Shown here one piece after another: positions 51,901-64,000 of a DNA stretch of 64,000 nucleotides. The notes below the pieces were generated by a model. That model was not told the DNA's origin. It searched no databases and worked only from the letters and a program-made list of their open reading frames with translations. How positions within the stretch are numbered: position 1 is the stretch's first letter; every line of letters starts with the position of its first letter. Source of the DNA: the human T2T-CHM13v2.0 reference genome, Homo sapiens; NCBI RefSeq assembly GCF_009914755.1, contig NC_060937.1; one strand, given 5' to 3'. The position numbers and the translations under genes are program-made.

Positions 51901-54042
51901 TGTTCTATTTGTCTTTCATGGCATTAACCAGGGTTCATCACTCCTGCCAATTGTTTCAAATAGTCTGTTTGTGATTTTATTCATTATTACTTTGGGTATT
52001 CTCTTTTTTAATTCATAGGGAATATTTCTCTTGATTCTTCCTATAATAGCAACCATACTCATGTTTCCCAAGACTACCATTTGCTATGGGAAAAGGATGC
52101 TGCTTGCAGTGTGCATGACTATCACATAGGAGGCTGTCCACAAGAAACCTATCAGATAACTGGTGGTTGCAAGGTTTGTCTCTGGCTAACTGGAGCTCAT
52201 TGATAGAAAACAGCCACACTGTGTATCAACTCCCTGCAGTTTTCTGTCCTTCTCATATCTTTTCTCTTGTTTACCCGATTCCTCAAATGAGTCCTCTTCT
52301 TTCTCCAAGCAAAGTCATATCTAGTATCAAGGAAAAAACATATTTATTGCAATTATGTAAATATTTCTCTCTCAAAAGTTCAGTTCCCTGTCTTTTCTTT
52401 GAATCTTAGATATGGCATCTCATTATGTGTTAGGAGAAGAAAATACACAAGGCTAGGAGTTGTAGTGATAGAATAGAGAGCCACAGGAAAACAGAGGAGA
52501 AAATCACAGATCAATTCTTCAAGATACAGTTGTCACTGTACTTAAATTTGAAGCTAGTTATTGTTTATATGATGTATTCATATCACCTTTAAAAAGACAT
52601 AGTTCTATATAGGCCAGAGCTATTATTAGTGTCATCATTGATGTCATGGGGTCTACCTAATAAGTAACATCATGATGCCAATGTTCCCAGGGTGTCTAGA
52701 CAGGCATTTATCAGTTCCCTCTCATGCAATTTCGCACTGATTTTTCTGCTTTGGCTGTGAGGGCTTTGGGTCACTCTAATAGAATGTGCACTCTGTAGCT
52801 CAATAGCCACTAGTGTAAACAAGTAATTTCGAAAAGATCCACGCTGATTAACGATTAGGTTTGCAAAGTGGGGAAAACTGTTATGTACGCAGGGGGTAAA
52901 AGAATCATATGGTTCACAGTAAGTAATTTTGTATGTGATTATCTTGCCTTTGAGTCACTGCAGAGTATGATTAGTATAGATTTTTTAACCAAAACAAAAT
53001 ATAAAATAATTAAGAAACAAAGTGTTGTAAAATAACTACTGATTTGCTATAATTTATTCTCTTATATGCCACTTTTAATCTTATTTCCAGAAACAGTGAA
53101 TGAGCATCTAACATGTATGAAGCGACACGCTAGAACAAAAAAAGCTTGGCACATAGTGGATTTGGTGTTAATGGCTACCAAACCCACCTGCATTTTAACA
53201 CATGCAGGTTCTAATTTAAAATAAATACATATCCAATAAAAATTGATAATTACACATTTATATAGAGGTCCAAATGTTTTCTATACACACAGACACACTC
53301 ATGGAGACATAACTTGATATATTTCCCAACTATTTTTTGTCTGTGAGTTCATGAACATGTGTACATCGTCATATTTGCATTATAATGATTTTAGAGTTCT
53401 ATGGCTTTTATTTCCACCCCATTGTTCTCAGACTCATACCGTTATTCAAAGAGTATTATCTTGTAGTATAACACTCCAACCACCACCTGACGACATAATT
53501 GCATCTTTTATACGTCTTCCGGCAATCACTTATGACCGGTGTCAGTACATTGCCTCACTTCCTTTGTTGTAAATGATTTGAAGTATTTTCCTGTAGAGCA
53601 AAATAACTGACAATAAGGCATTTGAATATTGGTTTTAAGTGAAAAAGTCTTCCAGGAGGAAAGCATTTTTAAAAAAAAAACAAAAAAAAAAAACAAAAAA
53701 AAGGAAAACTCACACTCCTCCGTGATGAAAGACTCCAAACTCATCAACTTGCCAAGAGATGACAGAATGTTTATCAGAGGATGGTGTTATGCTCAGGGTC
53801 AGCATTAGCCTTTGCATTTGGATAGTCAGGAATGTCACTGGTGATAACTAGATAAGCTTTTGTAAAAGGTAATCCCTGTGGTTAATCTTGTGAATAAGAT
53901 CCATCACTATCAACATGGTCATTTTATTTATGAGCCAGTTGACTAAGCCCAGTATCAGGTAGAAAAAAAAAAAAAAAAAAGCTGACTGACGTTCAAATAA
54001 TGGAGTCTTTTTCAACTAGTTATTAAAAGCGTTTTCTGAAGA

Positions 54043-54065
54043 TGTGTGTGTGTGTGTGTGTGTGT
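54043..54065. repeat. (TG)11 microsatellite
   Basis: Directly visible. Confidence 0.95.
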
Positions 54066-54203
54066 ACGTTCACACAGGCAAAAATATTCTGAAAATATAT
54101 GACCATTCACACAGTTTCTTCCACAGACTGCGTTTTTCAGACTTTCTGTTATTAAATTTTATAATGTTTTTGCTTCCAAGTCTTTGACCTGTGGAAGTAA
54201 AAA

Positions 54204-54779
54204 TGTTACTGGACAAAGTTAAACATTTAAGGAAAACTATTTAAGGCTATTGCAATGAAAGAGAAAAACAAAAAAGCAACCTGAACTGAAGACATAAATA
54301 ATGAGAGAATTTTTAAAAGCTGGTATGAGGGGATTATATGTCATTCATATTTGGTAATTGGTCTTACCCAAAAGTAAAGTAAACTTTCTTTTATCTTCAT
54401 GACAGGAGATAGTTTTACAACTTGGAACAAGGGGCCCTCTGAAGTTAGGTCCCTACCTTCCTTCAGAGACTAGCATAGGAACACTATCTTTTTAATGGTT
54501 ACATTTCAAAGGGATGGCTTTGAGATCCTTGAGAAAGAAAGTACTGGGTTGTAAACTGTCAAAAGGCTTTTTGAAAAACAAAACAAAACAAAAAACCTTA
54601 TATTTCAAAAGGACAGAAAAAAATTGCAATTACAAGTTTTCTAAACTAAATACTTTGAAAAAAATGAGGTGAGAGATCTCTCTGGTTAGGTCATCTAGAT
54701 TTTGTAAGGGCTGTAAAGGCAAAAAGACACCTCTCTGCAATTTGTCAAGCTGAGGGAAGTGGTCAGACCATCTTGGTCA
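54204..54779 (-). mobile_element. ERV1-class solo LTR (MER31-like)
   Basis: TG...CA; ctgaagttaggtccctacc, ttacatttcaaagggatggct, ccttgagaaaga, caattacaagttttctaaa. Confidence 0.6.
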
Positions 54780-54804
54780 GATCACTTTTGCCTGTTAATG
54801 AGGG

Positions 54805-55276
54805 TGAGGCAGGAGAATAGGGTCTGGAGGCAGGGAACATAAGGCCAATTTACAATGACTTCCTAGAACTAAATCAAATGGAAACACTTCAGCAATGACA
54901 GGAATGTGAATGGCTTTGCAACTTCACTTTCTCCTCTCCTTTTATATAGACAATACACACTCAGTAACATCCTCTCCATTTACTTAGGGGGCATACTGAG
55001 TAAATGACTTTGTAACTTGACTTTATCCTCTTCATTTACAAAGGGCATACACCAAGTAGCCAATGGGAAGCCTCTAGAAGTTATTGAAACTCTAGAAAAT
55101 TCTGTAACCAGGGATCTTGAGCCCCTATGCTCGGGCCTGCTTCCACCCTGTGGAGAGTACTTTCATTTTCAATAAATCTCTGCTTTTGTTTCTTCATTCT
55201 TTTCTTGCTTTGTTTGTGCATTTTGTCCAATTCTTTGCTCAATACGCCAAGAACCTGGAGACCCTCAACCATAACA
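54805..55276 (+). mobile_element. MER51 (B-like) ERV1 solo LTR
   Basis: tgaggcaggagaatagggtctggaggcagggaac...aataaatctctg...taaca; perfect 4-bp TSD aggg at 54801-54804 and 55277-55280. Confidence 0.88.
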
Positions 55277-55899
55277 AGGGTAGATTTCTATCTATGGCAA
55301 TCTCTCTTTTTATTCAAAGTGGACAACCCCATGAATGACTAGAATTTCTGGCAGATAGGAAATTTTACTTTCTCTACTTTCATTCAAGCTATTTCTACAA
55401 TGACTTCAGTTTCTCCATTTTCAACAAGGGATAGGGTATCTCGTAGGAATATCTGTAAACCAATTGTTAGCTTTTCTGGTGATAAGGAACTGTCCAGGAG
55501 GACGTATGGATGAATACAGGGAAATTTGACAATACAACAGAAGGAAGTACCTCATATATAGCACTTCCACTTAAAGATGGGGAGCTGATGACCATACCCG
55601 GTTTAATGGCAATTTTGATCATACAACATCCAAAATGATGGTTATTATGTGCAGCTAAGGTTATTGGGTCTCATAGCAAGCCAAAATCAGGCATTCAATA
55701 CCTAACAGAACCTAGCTATAAGCCAGAATCAGTTTCTCTGAAGAATTACTGTTTAAAATTGGGCATTCAATGATTTTAGGGTCTACACTGTGATTTCTTA
55801 CCTTACCTTGCCATGATATACATAATATTTCTGTTTCATAGTAGTAAGCTGTCTAAGTCAGAGCTGTTTATCCTATTATTTAAAGGTTATATCTCAGCT

Positions 55900-57205
55900 G
55901 TTGCAAACCTCTGAGATCCAGGAAACTAAATGGGGTGCCAGACCCTGGAATATTATTGGGAATTTTCTCATGCTCTGGAAATGACATGTCTTAGTGTTTA
56001 TCTAAGTTGCTTGCAACCCCCACTTATAAAATCCAGGTAGCTTAACTTCATCAATACAGTGAAACAATTTAATATCTTGTGAAATTTTTAGTCCCTAAAA
56101 GGTATTGTTGTTGCGAATTAAAACAATAAATGTCTATTGTTATTCTTGCTAGGTGAAAAAAAGAATGCCTGGTGATATTTACCGTTAATTTTTTTTTTAA
56201 TTGTATTTGACAGATGGATAGCCTCAAACAAGTTTCCAGAGATTATGTCAGTTTTCTGTAGTACATGTGGAGCTGCAGATTCAATTAGGGATAGCACCTG
56301 ATTAAACTTAAAATAATCTCAAACAGTTTTGCATTAGCCAAAGAAGTGAAATACACATTTTAGAAAAATCAGTAGCCTTATACCTTTCAAGTCTCTGATT
56401 GTGACTTTTTTTTCTACAATTTCTCCATGAATGTGATATTAATTTCACTGTACTGCCTTAGTCAAGAAGAAAGTTCACTTGATTGATCCTATTATAATGA
56501 ACTTCGCTCCAAAGGTAAAGGAATAATGTGGAGTTCTACAAGTTAGCAAGTATGCATATGGAGCATATCACTCAATAACAAGATGAGATTACAGAGCAGC
56601 TGGCCCATCATGAGACAAACTCAGGCAAATATTTCAATTGTCATCTTAGTGAAAAACCCAAATTTTGGCTGGTGCACTACTGTGGTGTTTTGGGTCCCTA
56701 AGCATCAGCATCTCTTTGAGATAACATGTCCATGCTTTTTTTTTTTCCAATGCTTTTCCACTGTGAAAATATCTGAAGTTCCTTTGGAAAAGGCTATCTG
56801 CAAGATTACTTTTGCAATTTCCACTGAGTTCTTTCTTAAGAAAATTCAGCCTTCTCTTTATTTAAAAGGGCCCATGGAGTGAGCCCAGGAGGCGGAGATT
56901 GCAGTGAGCAGAGATAGCGCCACTGCACTCCGGCCTGGGCAAAAAGGCCAGACTCATCTCAAAAAAAAAGAAAAAAAAAAAAAAAAAGGGCCCATGGAAT
57001 GGCTCTGGTTTCAAATTGGAAGAGGATCTGGGATTCCACTATAGCCCTCAATTTAGGATTCTTTGGACCTGGCCATTAATTTTGCCTGCTCATGTACTTC
57101 AGTACTTTGGAAACCATAAACAAATTGTTACCATTTAAGTTATTGCCTCTTATGAGTGAAACAATTATGATTGTTCCATTTTTTTTTCCTGTTCATTAGG
57201 GTAGC
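55900..57205 (-). mobile_element. Highly diverged ERVL internal (gag end/protease/RT) remnant
   Basis: Reverse complement gggacccaaaacaccacagtagtgcaccagcc resembles the HERVL protease region; cacctgattaaacttaaaataatc resembles the antisense RT N-terminal region. Confidence 0.55.
56879..56983 (+). mobile_element. Severely 5'-truncated AluY-type insertion (~82 nt plus tail)
   Basis: gtgagcccaggaggcggag...catctc plus A tail; perfect 15-bp TSD aaaagggcccatgga at 56864-56878 and 56984-56998; TTT/AAAA endonuclease site. Confidence 0.9.
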
Positions 57206-57706
57206 TGTATTAGTCAGGGTTCTCCAGAGAACAAAACCAATAAGAGATTATATACATATATAGTGTGTGTGTGTGCATCTCTGTGTATCTCAAGGAATTA
57301 TGGAGACTAAGAAGTCATATATTCTGCCATCTGTAACTTGGAGACCTGGGAAACCTGGTGGTTTAGTTTGACTGCTTGAGATCCAGAGAGCCAATGGTGT
57401 AGATTCCAGTTCAAGTCTGAAGGCCTGAGAACTAAGAAGCAGAATCCCTGAGGATAGGAGAAGATTGATGTCCTAGCTTAAAGAATCATGCAGAGTTTGA
57501 GTTTATGCCTTATTTCTGGCCTTTTCAGGCCCTCCCCAGATTGAATGACATCCACTCATATCAAAGAGGGCATCTCCTTTACTCAGTACATCAGCTCACA
57601 TGTTAATCTATTCTGGAAACACACAGAGACAGGAAGAAACAATGTTCAACCAGACATCTGGTTTCCCATGGCCGAGTCAAATTGGCAGATAAGATTAACC
57701 ATTATA
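57206..57706 (-). mobile_element. MLT2B-like LTR (3' LTR of ERVL)
   Basis: tgtattagtcagggttctccagag...gtctgaaggcctgagaac...attaaccattata. Confidence 0.85.
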
Positions 57707-59684
<1,978 letters not shown>

Positions 59685-60355
59685 AGAAAACGTAAATAAT
59701 ATATTTTACCAATAGCATAAATATTTTTAAAAGATTATTAATATAGTCAAATATTACCAAAAACAAATGAAAGAAAACACAATTATCACATTTTTAAGGA
59801 GTAGGAGACATGCATAAGATTGAGTGGAGGATTGAAATGATTTGTGAATGTATGTATGAATCTTTAACAATCAATTTGAAATCCGGTGAAATTAAGAATT
59901 TCCATGGAGAATTCATTTACTGAAAGAGAATTCAAAACAAGCAACTTGAATATAGATGTAGTCAAGGTATGAATTTAAATAGAATAAAAATAATCACATA
60001 AAAATGACTCAGGCTGAGAAGTCAAAGAGAGTATTTATCAAACCATGAAGGATTGATTGTTCGGGAATTATTTGTTTCAGACTAAAGAAAAATAGTGGTA
60101 TGTTTTCCACATCATTTGTTTAGGTGGAGAATTCTTTGTATAAAAAACAAAGGAAGCAAGCATAAAAATAGAAAATATAAAGATAATATGATGACCTGAG
60201 TATTTATCAAAAAACCAAAATACAATTATTTTTAAAATTAGTCTTTGGGATTGTGTATGTGCACACATACATACGCATATATCTGTAATTAACATCCTAT
60301 TCAATTCAATAAGAAAAAATCAAATATATGAACACACATATATGTGTGTTTGTAT

Positions 60356-60364
<9 letters not shown>

Positions 60365-60405
<41 letters not shown>
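60365..60405. repeat. (TA)~20 microsatellite
   Basis: Directly visible. Confidence 0.95.
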
Positions 60406-60407
<2 letters not shown>

Positions 60408-60486
60408 AAAAAAACCATCAGTATTGGATACCTATGCAATATTCAACCTAGAAATTATCTTTAACTTGAGTTTTAAAGTTGGATGT

Positions 60487-60909
60487 AGTATTAGTCTGTT
60501 CTTTCATTGCTATAAAGAAATATTTGAGTCTGGGTAACTTCTAAGAAAAGAGGTTTAATTGGCTCATGGTTCTGCAGACTGTACAGGAAGCATGGCAGCA
60601 TCTGCTTCTAGTGAGGCCTCAGGGAGCTTTTACTCACAATGTAAGGAAAAACAGGAGCAAGCATCTTACATGGCAGGAGCAGCAGCAAGAGAGAGAAGGA
60701 GGTGGGAGGTGCTACACACTTTGAAGCAACCAGATCTCATGAAAACTCACTCACTATCTCAAGGACAGCCATCAAGGGAATGGTGTTAAACCATTCAGGA
60801 GAACCCCGTCCCCATGATCCAATCGTCTCCCATCAGGCCTCACCTCCAACATTAGGGATTAAAATTGAACATGAGATTTGGGTGGGAACACAGATCCAAA
60901 CCATATCAT
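60487..60909 (-). mobile_element. MSTA-like solo LTR
   Basis: aagaggtttaattggctcatggttctgcag...catgagatttgggtgggaacacagatccaaaccatatca. Confidence 0.9.
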
Positions 60910-61125
60910 ATATATTTATGTAAACACACATATATATGATATGTATATATTTTATATATGTATGTGATATATATGTATGTGGTGTATATATCATATGTAC
61001 CACAGATATATGATATAGGTATATGATATGTATATATATTCACACACAGACACATACACACACTGCATGGATATATGTATACATAATGTATGTATGTATG
61101 TATGCATATGCATACATACATATTC
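60910..61125. repeat. Low-complexity alternating TA/TG/CA tract
   Basis: Directly visible. Confidence 0.85.
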
Positions 61126-61323
61126 ATTGCCTTTTATAAATTTATATTGTGCATTGTATTTTCCTTTGCATTTTAGAATAATTCTGTTATTTAAATATTC
61201 TTGTTGCTATTATAAATGTGTTTCTCATTATATTTTGTAATAGAAAAATCTTGGAATGTAGATATTTAGATGACCAGTTTCAGAAATGCTATTTTCTCAC
61301 TCTTGTCAATCAAAAGCACTGTA

Positions 61324-61495
61324 GGTCTGAACGTGATGTCTCATGTCTGTAATCCTACCACTTTGGGAGGTCAAGGTGGGAGAATCCCATGAACCCAGGA
61401 GTTCAAGGTTACGGTGAGCTATGATTGTGCCACTGCACTCCAGCCTGGGTAACGGAGTGAGACCCTGTCTCTAAAAAGAAAAAAGAAAAAAAAAG
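61324..61495 (+). mobile_element. Monomeric Alu (FAM/FRAM or collapsed AluJ)
   Basis: Single ~150-nt monomer ending gagctatgattgtgccactgcactccagcctggg...gaccctgtctct plus A tail; flanking aaaagca on both sides. Confidence 0.85.
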
Positions 61496-61639
61496 CATGA
61501 TATATTGTTGATTGATGTTTGGATGGCTTTCAATGAATCATGCCTCTCAGTATTTAATTTGTAACATCAACTCTAGTTTCGGCCGTGTGACTCACTTTCA
61601 CCAAAACAAGTGCTCTAAAATGCTCATAGTACTACTACT

Positions 61640-61990
61640 ATAGTAACCCAAACTTTAAAATGACCCAAATACACATCAACAGTAGAATGGATAAGTTGTG
61701 ATATATTTTCATAATGGAATTCAATGAAAATGTAAATTACAACTACATGATTAGAAACATAATATTGAGCACAAAAGGGACACACAAAAGTGTACATAGC
61801 ATGTGGCTCTGTTTATGTAAAGCATAAACAAGGAAACAAAAGTCTAGTCTATGTCAGCAACATAATGTTAACCCTTGGATGTAATGCCAGGTTCCTTCAA
61901 TGCTAATTATGTCTTGTTTTTATCTAGGTAATGGATTTGTTCAGTTTGAAACAATCAGGCTCTACATATATATGCTCATGTTTATATAAA
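61640..61990 (+). mobile_element. Old L1ME 3' fragment
   Basis: catcaacagtagaatggataagttgtgatatatt...aaacataatattgagc. Confidence 0.55.
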
Positions 61991-64000
61991 TATACTGCCT
62001 CAAAATGCAAAAGACAAAAAAAGTCATCCTGTATCTTCTCCTAGAGTCTTTAAAAAGTCAGTTTAATGGGCAAAGAATGAATGTGCTTGAAAATCTAGAT
62101 GAAGACAATATTAATCAACCTTGTTTATTTGTTTCCCCAAAGAGCTATGCCTTCTATGTTTAAGTATATAAAAGGTGGATTTAATCAGAGGAATCCAGGA
62201 ATGTTTTAATTAACAAGGGAAAGAAAGAGAATGCTATTATTTAAAAATAACAATATATCTCCAATGACTAAGTCACCAAAAATATGCAGATATTTTAATT
62301 ATTAGATGATATTAAGAGCAAAAATTATAACTATTATACAACCCTTTTATAATAAATATTAATTTTGATCATAGACTTTAAAATATTGACAAATGTTTAG
62401 TTTAAAAAGTAACTATAATTTCATATATATGAATCATTAGATAATATATATTATTTGTTCCAAGATATCTAATTAATCTGAATAAAATATATAAAGCTGT
62501 GCATAACGATTCTTTCATTAGGTATTTCTATTGATGCTGTTGTAATTTATGCCAGTATTTTGATAGAAAGTCACCAAAACATCATTTAATTTGAGTAGAT
62601 AACGAAAATGTTGAATGAGTCTCCTAATAAGAACCCAACTTTAGCAAAAACACATTATCAGTCACAAAATATAAATAAAAATATTTTAAAGGGGATGCTA
62701 AAAGAAATATGAGAAAGTAAAAGTCACACTATTAAAAAAAGATTAAATATAATTTATATATGCAGTACCATGAAGTTTCATGGTATTTATCACATAACCA
62801 AGAATTCTGATTAAAATAGATTTTTTAATATTTTGTATCAAGAAATAACTATATTCCATATTAGCTTATAACAGATTCTGTGTAGATACAGAATCAAAGT
62901 GTCTGGGTTTTGTTTTTATGTATAAATGTTTTGGCAGCCCTTCAATGTGGGCTTTTCATTTTCTACACCAAAGCTAAGGAGACAGTGAATTCTTTACTGT
63001 ATAAAATTATGCTTTTGGAAACTATACTTTTCAGCTTCTCCTTCATCCATTAGTTAGCACTCCCTGATGGCTTGGGGTGTGGTGATTAATATATTATTGA
63101 ATTAGGCATCAATCCAGGAAGCAATGGAATGTGTGAACTGAATGAGACTGTACAATTATCTGGTTCAGTTTTTTGAATTATAAAATAGATGTGAAAATAC
63201 GTGGCCCAGAAAAATTAAATGCCTGACCCAAATGAAAAATACTCAGGTATAAACACTGTCAGTATAAATAATAGAACTCCTAGATTGTTTTCTTGCATGT
63301 TTCAGTCTATGCCTTCAGGATCCTATTGACAATATTTTCAGAGTATAGGTATTCTCCATTATGAAACTTGGGTAAACTGTTGACTTAGCTTCTACTCGAA
63401 TACATTTGTTTAATGTAAATACAAACTAGAAATGTTTGTTATAATAAGTTATTTATAGAAACAAATACCATGTGTGAGATTCCCAGGTTCTAAACAGTAG
63501 CAAAGAATTTTATATGGAATCAGACCATTTTAAATAATGCTTTCAAATGAAAGAAAAAGACAATTAACTGACAGTAGATTTTTCTTTTTAAGTTGGATGT
63601 CATTTTAATATTGATTGGTTAATTAACCTTCCCCTTTTGAATGTTTCTATCAATTTTTCTTTCATGTTATAATTAGACCATTTTCTTTGACGTAGATAAC
63701 AAGCCTGTATTTTAGTTTTATTCCCATCAATGTTCTCTTTTTTCCCTTCCAGTATACAAAAGATAACACAAGAAATTTACAACTCAGATATTTCTGAGTG
63801 AACCCTGATCAGCTTTATCCAAAAGTATTTCGCCTGAAGTAGGTCTTGTGTATCACCTTTCCCCAGAAATCAGAGATGGATGGTGAGGGGAGAAAAGAGA
63901 ATCAATTCTTTAAAAAAGAAAATTATGCTTATTTCATATCAATATTTCTTTGAGAAATAAACTGAATACCAGCAGCATAAATATCTATTTGAATGGACCA

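Noticed and set aside
62766-62785. Inverted repeat taccatgaa-gt-ttcatggta
   Set aside because: An isolated 9-bp-arm hairpin is plausible by chance in 64 kb of AT-rich DNA

Overview
AT-rich primate (human or great-ape-like) non-coding DNA, most consistent with a gene desert or very large intron. The assignment rests on AluY/AluS/AluJ-type SINEs, L1PA/L1M LINEs, L2, MIR, MaLR/ERVL/ERV1 LTR elements and hAT MITEs. I find no supportable host protein-coding gene, RNA gene or CRISPR array. The supplied ORFs are repeat-derived or chance; a few are recognisable fossils of L1 ORF2 and L2 endonuclease. I see no evidence of a new biological system. The most unusual signals are insertion and repair scars: (1) an AluY whose 15-bp target-site sequence occurs three times, once inside the element next to fold-back filler DNA; (2) a twin-primed 5'-inverted L1PA nested in a TSD-bounded, apparently full-length L1MA; (3) a probable second, much older inverted L1; (4) a template-switch palindrome cluster in a GATA repeat; (5) a perfect 42-bp duplication in an ancient LTR; (6) an out-of-order ERVL arrangement. 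Repeat subfamily names are recalled from consensus sequences by eye and need RepeatMasker/Dfam confirmation. Boundaries of old repeats are approximate.
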